Source: Deltaproteobacteria bacterium | Lineage (GTDB): Bacteria; Desulfobacterota_D; UBA1144; Nemesobacterales; CSP1-2 | Reading direction: 5' to 3' | NCBI GenBank assembly: GCA_052390235.1 | Contig: JBQTHB010000005.1 | Coordinates: 352,001 to 416,000, forward strand | Length of the DNA: 64,000 nt | Shown here: one piece after another, positions 19,247-30,648 of the stretch | Layout of the letters: the number at the start of each line of letters is the position of its first letter | How positions within the stretch are numbered: the stretch's first letter is position 1 | Made by a program: the position numbers and the translations under genes | Notes under the pieces: generated by a model | The model's database searches: none | What the model was told of the DNA's origin: nothing | What the model saw: the letters and a program-made list of their open reading frames with translations, nothing else

Positions 19247-21205
19247 ATGCCCAAAGAATCGAAGCCGATAGAGGATTTGCTGAAGGAGAAAAGGACGTTC
19301 GCCCCCCCGAAGGCGTTTGCCCAGAGTGCGCACGTGAGTGCCGAGGCTGTCTATGAAACCGCCGCGCGCGATAGAGAAGCTTTTTGGGAGGGGTTCGCAG
19401 AGGAGCTTCACTGGTATAAGAAGTGGAACAGGGTATTGGATTGGCACTGTCCCCACTCGAAGTGGTTTGTCGGGGGCAAGCTCAACGTCTCTTTCAACTG
19501 TCTGGACAGGCACATTAAAACGGCGCGTAAAAACAAGGCGGCGGTGATTTGGGAAGGCGAGCCGGGAGACAGGCGCACGCTCACCTATTGGGATTTATAC
19601 TGCGAGGTCAATAAATTCGCAAATGTCCTCTCCCATCTCGGCGTGAAAAAAGGCGATAGAGTCGCTATTTATATGCCCATGATACCCGAAGCCGTCGTAG
19701 CGATGCTTGCCTGCGCGAGGGTCGGCGCCCCGCACAGCGTCGTTTTCGGAGGGTTCAGCGCCGAAAGCCTCAGAGACAGAATCAACGACACTGGGGCAAA
19801 GACGCTCGTCACCGCGGACGGCGGCTGGAGGCGCGGCTCGGTTATTCCGCTCAAGAAAAATGCGGACGAGGCTCTTTCAGGCGCTGAGTCCATAGAAAAA
19901 GTCGTCGTCGTCAGCAGAGTCGGCGAAAAATCCGAAGCGCAGATGAAAAATGGCAGGGATTTTTGGTGGCACGAACTCATGAAAAACGCGCCAGAATACT
20001 TCGAGCCTGCCAAAATGGACGCCGAAGACCCACTATTTATCCTCTACACCAGCGGAAGCACGGGCAAGCCCAAGGGCATAGTTCACACCACGGGAGGGTA
20101 TTTGACCGGGGTCTACGCCACAACGAAGTGGGTATTCGACCTCAAAGAGGAGGACACCTACTGGTGTACCGCCGACATCGGCTGGATTACGGGACACAGC
20201 TACATTGTCTATGGACCCCTTGCAAACGGGGCGACCTCGGTGATGTATGAAGGCTCTCCCGATTTCCCCGGCAAGGACAGGTTCTGGGAGGTCATCGCCA
20301 GGTACGGCGTCTCGATTTTCTACACCGCTCCTACCGCCATCAGAACCTTTATGAAGTGGGGCGAGGAATATCCCAAAAAGCACAATTTGACGAGTCTGCG
20401 GCTTCTCGGAAGTGTCGGCGAGCCGATAAACCCTGAGGCGTGGATGTGGTATCACCTCAACATCGGCGGCAGGCGATGCCCTATTGTTGACACTTGGTGG
20501 CAGACCGAGACGGGGCAGATTTTAATTACCCCTCTTCCCGGAGTTACCAAATTAAAGCCCGCATCGGCGACAAAACCGTTCCCCGGCATTGAAGCCGACG
20601 TCGTGGATGAGAATGGAAATTCAATTAAAGTTGGCGCGGGGTATCTCGTGCTGAAAAGCCCTTGGCCCGGAATGCTTCGGACAATATACGGGGACGACGC
20701 CCGATACGTGAGCCAGTACTGGAGCAGATTCGATGGAATGTACTTCACGGGCGACGGCGCGAAGAGGGATAGGGACGGGTATCTGTGGCTTCTCGGCAGG
20801 GTGGACGACGTTATGAACGTGGCGGGACACAGGGTAAGCACGATGGAGGTCGAAAGCGCGCTCGTTGACCACCCCTCGGTGGCGGAGGCGGCCGTCATAG
20901 GCAAGTCGGACAGTGTCAAAGGGCAGGCGATTTCGGCGTTTGTAACCCTGAAGGAGAAAATCGAGCCGGGCGCGGGGCTCCTAGATGAACTAAAAAAGCA
21001 CGTTGCCAAGAAAATCGGCGCTATTGCCAGACCCGACGACATAATTTTCACTTCCGAGCTTCCCAAGACCAGAAGCGGTAAAATCATGCGCCGCCTACTT
21101 CGAGACATTGCCGAGGGCAGGGCGCTTGGGGACACCACGACCCTTGCCGACCCTTCAGTGGTGAGGAGTCTCAAGGACAAATATGAGGATAAAGAGGGAG
21201 GTTAA
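19247..21205 (+). CDS. acs: Acetyl-CoA synthetase
   Basis: [47 protein letters not shown]. Confidence 0.97.
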   Translation: MPKESKPIEDLLKEKRTFAPPKAFAQSAHVSAEAVYETAARDREAFWEGFAEELHWYKKWNRVLDWHCPHSKWFVGGKLNVSFNCLDRHIKTARKNKAAVIWEGEPGDRRTLTYWDLYCEVNKFANVLSHLGVKKGDRVAIYMPMIPEAVVAMLACARVGAPHSVVFGGFSAESLRDRINDTGAKTLVTADGGWRRGSVIPLKKNADEALSGAESIEKVVVVSRVGEKSEAQMKNGRDFWWHELMKNAPEYFEPAKMDAEDPLFILYTSGSTGKPKGIVHTTGGYLTGVYATTKWVFDLKEEDTYWCTADIGWITGHSYIVYGPLANGATSVMYEGSPDFPGKDRFWEVIARYGVSIFYTAPTAIRTFMKWGEEYPKKHNLTSLRLLGSVGEPINPEAWMWYHLNIGGRRCPIVDTWWQTETGQILITPLPGVTKLKPASATKPFPGIEADVVDENGNSIKVGAGYLVLKSPWPGMLRTIYGDDARYVSQYWSRFDGMYFTGDGAKRDRDGYLWLLGRVDDVMNVAGHRVSTMEVESALVDHPSVAEAAVIGKSDSVKGQAISAFVTLKEKIEPGAGLLDELKKHVAKKIGAIARPDDIIFTSELPKTRSGKIMRRLLRDIAEGRALGDTTTLADPSVVRSLKDKYEDKEGG

Positions 21206-21210
21206 GGGCA

Positions 21211-21283
21211 TTTGTCCTTCCGAAGGGCGGGAGCGATGGAAGAATCACGCTGAGATTTCTCGTCTGCGGGTTCGGAATGATAA
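21211..21283. repeat. REP-like long imperfect palindrome after acs
   Basis: TGTCCTTCCGAA...TTCGGAATGATA inverted ends; related ends at about 13776-13811, 26209-26241 and 61009-61085. Confidence 0.45.
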
Positions 21284-21414
21284 TGTATCGGGGTTGTCAT
21301 TCCCGGTAGAGCGCGAATCTGCCGGCTCCATATTCTGGGGGAGGCGGGGCTGATTTGCGGAGATTTCCTTGAATTCTGCCTGCGCTTCAGCTAATTTATC
21401 CTAGGTTTCGACAG

Positions 21415-21657
21415 ATGACAAAAATGATATGGACTCTATTCATTCAGAGATTTCTTGCGAGTTTCGCGGAGCTACTCCTTCGCATCGTGAAAACCCGTCT
21501 CGTTGTCTATGCCGTTTTTCTCGTTCCGTTCCTCATTTTTATATATTCGCTCACGTTTGTCGTCATTACGGCTATGGTGTTAATTATCCTGTTGGTTGTC
21601 GTCCCCATAGCGATGCTTTCAAAAACCAAAACCCTCGCTTTTCTCAGCGGGAAATAG
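21415..21657 (+). CDS. Small hydrophobic membrane protein
   Basis: 80 aa, long hydrophobic stretch; no family recognised. Confidence 0.45.
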   Translation: MTKMIWTLFIQRFLASFAELLLRIVKTRLVVYAVFLVPFLIFIYSLTFVVITAMVLIILLVVVPIAMLSKTKTLAFLSGK

Positions 21658-21724
21658 AATTCGGTTGATCTCCACGCCTCTTTCGGTATTTTTAAGCCAG
21701 TCCCAGTGTTATAATTAACGACGG

Positions 21725-22474
21725 ATGAAGCCAAAATTAGAATCGCTCATTGATAAAGCCAAAGTTCCGAACCATGTAGTCATCATCATGGATGGCAACG
21801 GACGCTGGGCAAAGGGGCGCGGCATAGACCGCATCGGGGGGCATTTCGAGGGGATGAAATCCGTTAAAGCCGCCGTTAAAGCTGCAATGAGCTTGGGCGT
21901 AAAGCACCTCACACTCTACGCCTTCTCCGCCCAGAATTGGCATCGCCCCAAGGACGAGGTCAACGCCCTCATGGAGCTTCTAAGGGAATATCTCACGAAA
22001 GAGTGCGCAAATCTAATCAAAAAAGGGATACGCCTCAAAGCCATCGGCAGGCTATCGGAGCTTCCGCAGGATTCGAGATTGGCTCTTTTTAATGCCATGG
22101 AAAGGACGAAGAGATGCTCGGAGATGACCCTTACGCTTGCCCTAAGCTATGGAGGGCGCGAAGAAATAGTTGATGCTGTCCGCAAAATCTTATCGAGCGG
22201 GCTATCCGCAGAAGGGCTGAGCGAGGAGAAATTCTCGGAGTTTCTCTACACCGCAGACCTGCCTGAGCCGGATTTTCTCATCCGCACGAGCGGCGAGATG
22301 AGGCTCTCGAATTTTCTGCTATGGCAACTTGCATACGCCGAGATTTACGTTACAAATACCCTTTGGCCAGATTTTAGGCGCAGGCACTTTCTCAGGGCGA
22401 TTCTCGATTATCAAAAACGCGAGAGGCGATTCGGTCTTACCAGCGAGCAATTGATAAAAAGGGAAGCGTCGTGA
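21725..22474 (+). CDS. uppS: Undecaprenyl diphosphate synthase
   Basis: HVVIIMDGNGRWA, YAFSAQNW, IRTSGEMRLSNFLLWQ, RERRFG. Confidence 0.96.
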   Translation: MKPKLESLIDKAKVPNHVVIIMDGNGRWAKGRGIDRIGGHFEGMKSVKAAVKAAMSLGVKHLTLYAFSAQNWHRPKDEVNALMELLREYLTKECANLIKKGIRLKAIGRLSELPQDSRLALFNAMERTKRCSEMTLTLALSYGGREEIVDAVRKILSSGLSAEGLSEEKFSEFLYTADLPEPDFLIRTSGEMRLSNFLLWQLAYAEIYVTNTLWPDFRRRHFLRAILDYQKRERRFGLTSEQLIKREAS

Positions 22475-23631
22475 AGAATATCTCAGTTCTCGGCTCAACC
22501 GGCTCAATTGGACGCCAAACGCTCGAAGTAATCTCTATGTTCCCTGAAAAATTTAGGGTGTCTGGGCTTGCGGCTGGCAAAAATTCCGCGCTTCTCAAGG
22601 AGCAAATCCTCAAATTCAAGCCCGTTGTAGTCTCTGTCCAGGACGAGGGCTATGCCCGCGCTCTCTCATCGGAGCTTCGGGGATTGCGCGTTGAAGTGCT
22701 GTGTGGAGAGTCGGGAGCGGAAGCCGTTGCCTCTGAGTCCGGCGCGGATGTGGTTGTTTCGGCTATGGTCGGCGCGGCTGGCTTAAAGCCTACGATAGCG
22801 GCGGCGCGGGCAGGCAGGAATATCGCCCTTGCCAATAAAGAAGCGCTCGTCATGGCAGGCGCGATTTTAATTGACGAGGCGGCGCGGCGCAAGATTGATA
22901 TACTCCCCGTTGACAGCGAACACAGCGCCATTCTTCAAGCCCTCGGAGCGAACGGGCGCGAGTGCGTAAAGCGGCTCATTCTCACGGCTTCAGGGGGCCC
23001 ATTTTTGAGAACCTCGGCGGATAGGCTCGAAAATGTGAGCATCGAGGCGGCGCTGAATCATCCGACATGGAAAATGGGCAAGAAAATCACAATTGACTCT
23101 GCTACCCTTATGAACAAGGGATTCGAGGTGATAGAGGCAAAATGGCTCTTCGGCACGGATGCCCGCAACATTTCCGTCTGGATTCACCCTCAGAGCATCG
23201 TCCATTCGATGGTTGAATTTCACGACGGCTCGATAATTGCCCAAATGGGGCTTCCCGATATGAGGATTCCAATATCCTACGCAATGTCCTATCCCGATAG
23301 GATGCCGATGAACCGAAACCGGGCGTCTGCCGCAGATTTTGGGGGACTCACGTTTGAAGATGCCGATGTCGGGCAATTCCCCGCCCTCTCGCTGGCTTAT
23401 TCCGCCCTCGAAGAGGGGGGGACGATGCCCGCGGCAATGAACGGAGCGAACGAGGCGGCGGTATCTGCCTTTCTCGAAGGCAGAATCGGGTTTACGCAAA
23501 TCATCGCAACCGTCGCGCGGGTTATGGACAAGCACATACCGCTTGCGGGAAGCGAGCTTTCCCATGTGCTGGAGGCTGACTTGTGGGCTAGGAGAGCCGC
23601 AGAGGCGGTCATAGACGGCCGCGGCATTTAA
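22471..23631 (+). CDS. dxr: 1-deoxy-D-xylulose-5-phosphate reductoisomerase
   Basis: LGSTGSIG, LANKE, LPVDSEHSA, TASGGPF, MGKKITIDSATLMNKG. Confidence 0.97.
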   Translation: MKNISVLGSTGSIGRQTLEVISMFPEKFRVSGLAAGKNSALLKEQILKFKPVVVSVQDEGYARALSSELRGLRVEVLCGESGAEAVASESGADVVVSAMVGAAGLKPTIAAARAGRNIALANKEALVMAGAILIDEAARRKIDILPVDSEHSAILQALGANGRECVKRLILTASGGPFLRTSADRLENVSIEAALNHPTWKMGKKITIDSATLMNKGFEVIEAKWLFGTDARNISVWIHPQSIVHSMVEFHDGSIIAQMGLPDMRIPISYAMSYPDRMPMNRNRASAADFGGLTFEDADVGQFPALSLAYSALEEGGTMPAAMNGANEAAVSAFLEGRIGFTQIIATVARVMDKHIPLAGSELSHVLEADLWARRAAEAVIDGRGI

Positions 23632-23672
23632 CTGCGCGCCTAAATTAATTTAGTTAGGGAGAATCAACAATA

Positions 23673-25262
23673 ATGACAATTCTAGCTTTTCTTTTCGTGA
23701 TTGGAATTTTGGTTTTCATCCACGAGCTGGGGCATTTTCTCGTCGCCAAGTGGAGCGGCGTGAGGGTCGAGAGATTTTCTCTGGGATTTGGGAAGAAGCT
23801 CCTCGGCTTCAGGCGCGGGGAGACCGAGTATTTAATATCCCTACTGCCATTTGGCGGATATGTGAAGATGTACGGCGAGGGCGCTGAGGGGAATTTCATT
23901 ATGGACGCCGTCGCCCGCGGCTCGAAAGCCGATAAAGCGGGGTTCCAGCCCGGAGATAAAATCCTCAAAATCGAAGGGGTCGAAATCTCCGCTCTTTCCC
24001 AGTGGAGGGATATTGCCTCGGCGCTTGAAGCCGAGCGGGAGTACCCATTTACCGTCGAGCGGGACGAGAGAGAGGTGAAAATCAGGGCAAGGGCGGAGGA
24101 TTTGGACGGCACCCGCGGCTTCTCGGCGAAGGACTATCCCAGGAGCTTCTCGAGTCAGCCGCTACTGAACCGCTTTCTCATCGTCGTGGCTGGGCCATTT
24201 ATGAACTTTATACTCCCATTCGTGTTTCTGCCTATAGTGCTTTTCATCGGCATTAGCGCCCCTGCATATCTCGAGCGCGCGGCTGAGATAGGCTACGTCG
24301 AGCCTGAGTCCTCGGGGCAAGTGGCAGGATTCCAAAAGGGCGACGTTATAGTTGAAATTGACGGCAGGGAGATTGCCAACTGGAGAGATGCCAATATCGG
24401 CTTCCAATCGAACCCCGACGCCGTGCTGAACGTGGTCGTCGAAAGGGAGGGGGTGGAGCAGTCGCTTGAGGTTAAAGCCGCCGCCACATCCGACGGAGTG
24501 GTTTCTGTCGGGCTAGGAGAGACCCTAGAAGCCAAGATAGACAGCGTTGTGCCTGGCACTCCCGCCGAGAGAGCAGGCGTCGCCGCCGGAGATAAAATAG
24601 TCGCAATTGACGGCGCGCCGGTTTCGGATTGGTACGCGATGGCGTCGCTCATAAGAAAAAAAACGGGCGAAGAGGTATCCGTTACCATCGAGAGGGCGGG
24701 CGAGCGGGTTGAGCTTAAAATCACCCCGGAGGCTATAGGCGAGGGAGGGCAGGGGGCGATAGGAATCACGCCGGCAAGAGAGGAGATAATTAAGAAATAC
24801 GGGATGCTTGAGTCCCTCGTGGAGGGCGTGAAAGAAGCCGCCAATATGCTCTACGAGGTTACCGTGCTACTGCTGACGTTCCTCTATAAGCTCATCACGG
24901 GAAAAATCTCGCTCGGAGCGGCGGGAAAGACCATCGCAGGCCCCCTTCTAATTGCCAAGGTGTCAGGGGCGGCGGCTGAAAGCGGCATTGCGCCTCTGCT
25001 TCAGTTCACCTGTTTCATCAGTATAAATCTGGGGCTTATCAACTTGCTCCCAATCCCAATGCTCGACGGCGGGCATATTCTCTACATGGGGATAGAGGCC
25101 GTAAAGCGCCGCCCGCTTAGCCAGAAGAGCCTTGAAATCAGCCAGCGCATCGGCTTTAGCTTCCTGATATTTATAATGTTTATAGCGCTTTATAACGATA
25201 TTTCGAGACTCAAAGGGTCAATTTTAGAATCCCTAAGCCGCCTGACTGAGGTCTTCAGATAG
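23673..25262 (+). CDS. rseP: RIP metalloprotease RseP (three PDZ-like segments)
   Basis: HELGH, GGYVKM, AGP.MN, NLLPIPMLDGGH. Confidence 0.95.
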   Translation: MTILAFLFVIGILVFIHELGHFLVAKWSGVRVERFSLGFGKKLLGFRRGETEYLISLLPFGGYVKMYGEGAEGNFIMDAVARGSKADKAGFQPGDKILKIEGVEISALSQWRDIASALEAEREYPFTVERDEREVKIRARAEDLDGTRGFSAKDYPRSFSSQPLLNRFLIVVAGPFMNFILPFVFLPIVLFIGISAPAYLERAAEIGYVEPESSGQVAGFQKGDVIVEIDGREIANWRDANIGFQSNPDAVLNVVVEREGVEQSLEVKAAATSDGVVSVGLGETLEAKIDSVVPGTPAERAGVAAGDKIVAIDGAPVSDWYAMASLIRKKTGEEVSVTIERAGERVELKITPEAIGEGGQGAIGITPAREEIIKKYGMLESLVEGVKEAANMLYEVTVLLLTFLYKLITGKISLGAAGKTIAGPLLIAKVSGAAAESGIAPLLQFTCFISINLGLINLLPIPMLDGGHILYMGIEAVKRRPLSQKSLEISQRIGFSFLIFIMFIALYNDISRLKGSILESLSRLTEVFR

Positions 25263-25304
25263 CCGCGGGATTTGTAATTTATCCACTGGCAGGAGCGGCT
25301 CGAT

Positions 25305-26210
25305 ATGGGATTATTTAAATTCCGCAAACGCTGGGCTGACACGCGCCCTACGAAAGAGGGGCTGACGTTCTTGGGGCTGACGCTATTTGTCGGGTTCGCC
25401 GCGCTCAATACGGGCAATAACCTGCTATATCTCGTATTTGGTATGATGCTCAGTTTCATCGCCGCATCCGGCATTATCTCTACGGTGAATCTGGCGAAAC
25501 TGCGCGTTCGTTTCGAGCCGCCCTCGGATGTTTTTGCCCTCTCGCCGACTGTGTTTAAATTCAACGTGGCGAATCTGAAGACCTATCTTCCGTCCTATTC
25601 GCTCACCATCGCCGTTGACGGGAGAAAGACTTACATCCCCTATCTGCCGCCCAAAACCTCGAAAACCGCCCTGCTCGAGTATCTATTCAAACGCCGGGGG
25701 GTCAGCCGCATCTCCGATGTCGAGCTTTATACGCGCTTTCCTTTCGGGTTCTTTAAAAAAGTGGTTAGTGTTGAACTTGGCGAAGACGAGAATATTTTGG
25801 TCTATCCAAAAATTGAGAGTATCAGCGCGGAATCGGACGATTTTGAGAGTAAATTCGGGGAGACTGAGTCCGAGAGGCTCGGCTTTGGGAGCGACCTGCG
25901 CTCCATCAGGCTCTACAAGGACGGAGACAATCCAAAACTCATTCACTGGAGAACGACGGCAAAGTACGGGAAGATGTTTCTACGCGAGCTAGATGAGGAC
26001 GAATCCAAAAGCGTCATTGTCGAATTTACGCCGCCGAGGGATAAAGCGGGGCTTGAGCGGGAGATTGTCCGCACGGCCTCTGTGCTGGTGGATTTAGCCG
26101 GGCGCGGCTTCGAGGTTGAATTCGTCGCTCCGGGCGAGGCGTTTGCCCCGGCTCAGCCGGGCAGATTCCCTCGCCCCGCCCTCAGATACCTAGCCCTGTT
26201 CGGCTCCTAG
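25305..26210 (+). CDS. DUF58 domain protein
   Basis: AALNTGNNLLYL, TRFPFG, VYP, IRLY..GD..KLIHWRTTAK. Confidence 0.85.
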   Translation: MGLFKFRKRWADTRPTKEGLTFLGLTLFVGFAALNTGNNLLYLVFGMMLSFIAASGIISTVNLAKLRVRFEPPSDVFALSPTVFKFNVANLKTYLPSYSLTIAVDGRKTYIPYLPPKTSKTALLEYLFKRRGVSRISDVELYTRFPFGFFKKVVSVELGEDENILVYPKIESISAESDDFESKFGETESERLGFGSDLRSIRLYKDGDNPKLIHWRTTAKYGKMFLRELDEDESKSVIVEFTPPRDKAGLEREIVRTASVLVDLAGRGFEVEFVAPGEAFAPAQPGRFPRPALRYLALFGS

Positions 26211-26260
26211 ATTCCCCATCCCCCTCAGCTCGAAATGACAAAGCGCTCCGCGCCTGCGCA

Positions 26261-26980
26261 TCACTCCAGCGTCTCGCCGGGCTTGAGCGCGATAATCTCC
26301 ATCTCCTGCATATCTTTTGTGAGTTCTCTGAGTTCCTGTGGAGTGCCGGTCAAAATCGGGAACGTCCCGTAGTGCATCGGGATAACGTACCTCGGGTTTA
26401 GGAAACGGCACGCATAAGACGCCTCAAGCGGGGACATCGTAAACCAATCGCCTATGGGCATGATAACGAGTTCGGGCTTATAGATTTCGGCGATGAGCTT
26501 TAGGTCGCTAAAGAGGTTTGTGTCGCCCATGTGGTAGATTTTAAAGCCGTTTTCAAGCTCGATGACATATCCCCCCGGCTCGCCTCCATAGACGAGGTTT
26601 CCATTCTCATCAATGATGCCGCTTGAGTGCTGGGCATGGGTCATGGTAAATTTTATCCCCGCCACGACCTGTCCCCCGCCCTTGTTCATGCCGGAGCAGT
26701 TTTGAACCCCTTTAGAGCCGAGCCACTGGCAGATTTCCCAGTTCGCCACGACGGTCGGTTTGTGCTGGTTGGCTAGGGCTATAGCGTCTGCCATGTGGTC
26801 AAAATGTCCGTGTGTAATGGCAATAACGTCGAGCTTGTCGAAGGTTTTCAAATTGTCGGGACAGGCGGGATTTCCTCCCACCCAAGGGTCAATGAGGACT
26901 GTCCTGCCGCCGGGGGAGGTTATCTTGAAAGTGGAGTGTCCGAGGAAGGTTATTTGCGCTCCTCTGTTGAGTTTGCCCAT
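26261..26980 (-). CDS. UPF0173 metal-dependent hydrolase (MBL fold)
   Basis: LGHSTF, IDPW, THGHFDH, YHMGDT, IPMHYGTF. Confidence 0.9.
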   Translation of the reverse strand: MGKLNRGAQITFLGHSTFKITSPGGRTVLIDPWVGGNPACPDNLKTFDKLDVIAITHGHFDHMADAIALANQHKPTVVANWEICQWLGSKGVQNCSGMNKGGGQVVAGIKFTMTHAQHSSGIIDENGNLVYGGEPGGYVIELENGFKIYHMGDTNLFSDLKLIAEIYKPELVIMPIGDWFTMSPLEASYACRFLNPRYVIPMHYGTFPILTGTPQELRELTKDMQEMEIIALKPGETLE

Positions 26981-27110
26981 AACAGATGTCTCCTTTTTAT
27001 GATTTTTTTGCCCCTGTATAATAGCAGATTGAAATTTTTATGGAACACAGTTTTTTCGCTCTCCGGCGGGTTTATGCGGGCAAGCTAATTTCGGTTAAAA
27101 TACCGGGGTA

Positions 27111-28007
27111 ATGTCAAACCCCCGCGACACTCAAACCCTCCTCACCGAGAAAATCAACCCCCGCACTGTTGATATTGACCAAGCCTCAACGCCCGACATT
27201 ATCAGGATGATTTGCGAGGAAGACAGCCGCATTGCGGGCGAGGTGGCGAGGCAGTCTCACAGCATTGCCCGCGCCGTGGACATAATTGTGGAGCGGATGC
27301 AGGCGGGAGGGCGGCTTATTTTTGTCGGAGCCGGAACGAGCGGCAGGCTCGGCGTGATGGAAGCCGCCGAATGCCCTCCCACTTTCGGCACGCCGCCTGG
27401 GTTAATCCAAGGGGTGATAGCCGGGGGTAGGGAAGCCGTTTGGCGCTCCATTGAAGGGGCTGAGGACTCGGCTGAGGACTCAGCGCGGGAACTGTCCCAT
27501 CTGGCATTGGCTGAAGTGGACGTTGTAGTCGCAGTTGCGGCGAGCGCGACGACGCCCTTTGCCGAGGGGGCGCTCAAATACGCAGTAACTAGGGGATGCG
27601 CGCGGATACTCGTTACCTGCAACCCCTACGAGTCCCCCATTGCCGACGTTACCATCTCCGTCGTCGTCGGGCAGGAGGTCATTTTAGGCTCGACGAGGAT
27701 GAAGGCAGGAACGGCTACGAAAATGGTTCTCAATATGCTCACCACGGCGGCGATGATTCGCATGGGAAAGACGTATGGAAACCTCATGGTTGACGTGCAG
27801 CCAAATTCCCTAAAACTCCGAGACAGGGCGAGGCGAATCGTGATGCACATACTCGGCGTAGGCTTAGGGGAAGCCGAAAAACTGCTTGGGGAGTCGGGCT
27901 GGAACATTAAAGCCGCAGTCCTCATGGAGAGAAAACAATTGACACTCCGCGAAGCCGAGGAGCTTCTCGCCTTCCATAAGGGTTTTTTGAGGGACGCGCT
28001 GGGATAG
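27111..28007 (+). CDS. murQ: N-acetylmuramic acid 6-phosphate etherase
   Basis: GAGTSGRLG, AAECPPTF, EGAED, GSTRMKAGTATKMVLN, YGNLMVDV. Confidence 0.95.
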   Translation: MSNPRDTQTLLTEKINPRTVDIDQASTPDIIRMICEEDSRIAGEVARQSHSIARAVDIIVERMQAGGRLIFVGAGTSGRLGVMEAAECPPTFGTPPGLIQGVIAGGREAVWRSIEGAEDSAEDSARELSHLALAEVDVVVAVAASATTPFAEGALKYAVTRGCARILVTCNPYESPIADVTISVVVGQEVILGSTRMKAGTATKMVLNMLTTAAMIRMGKTYGNLMVDVQPNSLKLRDRARRIVMHILGVGLGEAEKLLGESGWNIKAAVLMERKQLTLREAEELLAFHKGFLRDALG

Positions 28008-28168
28008 CCCGAAGTATCCCCATCTTGAGAGGCAATTTAGGCTTGTGGTATCAGTCCCGAAGGGGCTAACCCTCACAGTGGGCGGAGTCACGCTGTGTAT
28101 TCCTATTTTCGCGAGAATGGCAAATAGCTCTGCCGGATTCGGGGGTGGTGGTGGTGGATAAATTCTAA

Positions 28169-29335
28169 ATGCAATTACTTAGCTCAATTATCGCAAAGAG
28201 GCGGCGGCTTGTCGTCGGGCTTATGTCCGGCACTTCTATGGACGGGATTGACGCCGCATTAGTTGAAATCCAATACTCCGGCGTTGAAACGCGTCTGCAT
28301 CTAATTGACTTTCTGTGCATCCCATACGGGGCGAATCTTCTGGCGAGGCTCCGGGGCATTCGCACGGTCGAGGACGTATCGGAACTCAATTTTCTCGTGG
28401 GGGAGGCGTTTGCCAGCGCCGCCCTGCTGCTGATTCGAGAGGCCGGCTTCTCCCCAAGGGATGTTGACCTCGTCGGCTCTCACGGGCAGACAGTTTTTCA
28501 TAACCCCCCGTCGCACAAAAAGGGCGCCCCCTCGACGCTTCAGCTCGGCGAGCCGGACGTTATTGCCGAGCGCACTGGGATAGCCACTGTTGGAGATTTC
28601 AGAACCCGCGATGTTGCCGCAGGGGGCGAGGGCGCGCCGCTCGTCCCATACGCCGATTTCATAATGTTTCGGGAATTCGGCAGGGTGCGCATCGCTCAAA
28701 ACATCGGCGGCATAGCCAATCTCACGCTGGTCGCCGATGATATAGACGAGGTTATCGCATTCGACACGGGCCCCGGCAATATGCCGATGGATAGAGTCAT
28801 AGTGTTGGCGACGGGCGGCAATCGAAATTATGACAGAGGCGCGCAGGTAGCCCTCGGCGGCAGGGTTGACGAGGGGCTTTTTCGGGATTTGCTCTCGCAC
28901 CCCTATTTTGAGACGCCGCCCCCAAAATCCACAGGGGCGGAGGTTTTTGGGGATGAATTCGCATCGAAACTCTACGCTTTAGCCCAGAGCGGTAAAATCT
29001 CGCTCGCGGATTTAATGAGAACCCTCGCCGAGCTTACGGTTGAAACCATAGCCCGCGCCTACGAGAGGTTCATCTTCCCAAAATGGAAGGTGTCGGAGGT
29101 GATTCTAAGCGGCGGCGGAACGTACAATCCGCTCCTCGTTGGGAGGCTCGCCGAGAGGCTAGGGGAGGGGGTAAGGCTCTCGAAATCGGATAAATTCGGC
29201 GTTCCATCGGACGCGAAAGAAGCCATTGCCTTCGCGGTGCTGGCGAACGAGCTTATATCCGGCAATTGCGCCAATCTGCCCAAGGTTACGGGCGCGGCGC
29301 GGCGCGTTCCGCTTGGGAAAATTGCCCTAGCATGA
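28169..29335 (+). CDS. anmK: Anhydro-N-acetylmuramic acid kinase
   Basis: GLMSGTSMDGID, GSHGQTVFH, GGEGAPLVP, FDTGPGN, PPKSTG, KEAIAFA. Confidence 0.96.
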   Translation: MQLLSSIIAKRRRLVVGLMSGTSMDGIDAALVEIQYSGVETRLHLIDFLCIPYGANLLARLRGIRTVEDVSELNFLVGEAFASAALLLIREAGFSPRDVDLVGSHGQTVFHNPPSHKKGAPSTLQLGEPDVIAERTGIATVGDFRTRDVAAGGEGAPLVPYADFIMFREFGRVRIAQNIGGIANLTLVADDIDEVIAFDTGPGNMPMDRVIVLATGGNRNYDRGAQVALGGRVDEGLFRDLLSHPYFETPPPKSTGAEVFGDEFASKLYALAQSGKISLADLMRTLAELTVETIARAYERFIFPKWKVSEVILSGGGTYNPLLVGRLAERLGEGVRLSKSDKFGVPSDAKEAIAFAVLANELISGNCANLPKVTGAARRVPLGKIALA

Positions 29336-29408
29336 GAATTGAGGGGTGGTTAACGCGCTCGGAATAATGAGGAACGGGCAATGTAGCCGCTATAACCTTG
29401 TTAGAGGC

Positions 29409-30578
29409 TTATTTACCCCTGCCCGCCGCCTCGACCACCTTCGCCGCCGCCTCTCTCATATCCCCTCCCGTCGTAATATCCAGCCCGGAGTCGGACAGCA
29501 TCTTCCGACCAAGCTCCACGTTTGTGCCTTCGAGCCTCACGACCAGTGGCACGGTGATTCCCACATCTTTGGCGGCGGTGATGATTCCCGTGGCGATGGT
29601 GTCGCACTTCATGATACCGCCGAAGATGTTGACAAATATGGCTTTAACATTTGAGTCGCTGAGTATCATTTTGAAGGCTTGCGTAACCTGCTCCGCGCTC
29701 GCGCCTCCCCCTACGTCGAGGAAGTTTGCAGGCTCGCCCCCGTGATATTTGATGATGTCCATTGTTGACATGGCAAGCCCCGCCCCGTTAACGAGGCATC
29801 CGATGTTGCCGCCCAGCTTAACAAAGCTCAGATTCCACTTCTTCGCCTCAAGCTCAGTTGGGTCTTCTTCGTTCGGGTCTAGGAGCTTTTCGATTTCTGG
29901 ATGGCGGTAAAGGGCGTTGTCGTCGAAATTGAGCTTTGCGTCCAGCGCGAGAACCTCTCCCCCTTTGGTGAGAACGAGGGGGTTGATTTCTATAAGCGAG
30001 CAGTCGTTCTCTACAAACGCCCTGTAGAGCGCGAGTACGAACGTTACGGCTTTGTTCATCGCCTTGCCCTCAAGCCCCAGGAACATGGCGATTCTCCTGG
30101 CTTGAAACGGAATAATTCCGACGGCGAAATCTACGTATTCTTTGAGAATCTTCTCAGGGTGGGATTTGGCTATCTCTTCAATTTCCACCCCTCCCTCGCG
30201 GCTCGCCATGACGACGACTCTTTCGCTCGCCCGGTCAAGCACCATGCCGAGGTAAAATTCTCTATCAATTGCCGATGCTTCTTCTATCAGCACCTTGCCT
30301 ACAATTTTTCCCTCGCTGCCCGTCTGATGGGTTATAAGGCGCATCCCCAATATCTCGGAGGCGAGCTGTCTCACCTCTGCCGGAGCGCTTCCTATCTTTA
30401 CCCCTCCGCCCTTGCCCCTGCCTCCTGCATGAATCTGAGCCTTTACGACTAATTTCGCCGAGTTCAGATCCTTGGCAATTAGCTCTGCGTCTTCGGGGTT
30501 AAACACCACCTTTCCGCTGGGGACTTTTACCCCGTATTTTGCGAGGAGTTCTTTTGCCTGATATTCGTGAATGTTCAT
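29409..30578 (-). CDS. sucC: Succinyl-CoA synthetase beta subunit
   Basis: [44 protein letters not shown]. Confidence 0.97.
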   Translation of the reverse strand: MNIHEYQAKELLAKYGVKVPSGKVVFNPEDAELIAKDLNSAKLVVKAQIHAGGRGKGGGVKIGSAPAEVRQLASEILGMRLITHQTGSEGKIVGKVLIEEASAIDREFYLGMVLDRASERVVVMASREGGVEIEEIAKSHPEKILKEYVDFAVGIIPFQARRIAMFLGLEGKAMNKAVTFVLALYRAFVENDCSLIEINPLVLTKGGEVLALDAKLNFDDNALYRHPEIEKLLDPNEEDPTELEAKKWNLSFVKLGGNIGCLVNGAGLAMSTMDIIKYHGGEPANFLDVGGGASAEQVTQAFKMILSDSNVKAIFVNIFGGIMKCDTIATGIITAAKDVGITVPLVVRLEGTNVELGRKMLSDSGLDITTGGDMREAAAKVVEAAGRGK

Positions 30579-30648
30579 TTTTGCCCGCCTCCTGGGATTT
30601 AGACCGCCGTTTGAGCGCGGCTCTGCTTCATCCGAGATAGATTATTTA

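Noticed and set aside
28008..28168. glmS-like ribozyme or structured RNA between murQ and anmK
   Set aside because: Two small hairpins are present but no conserved core was recognised
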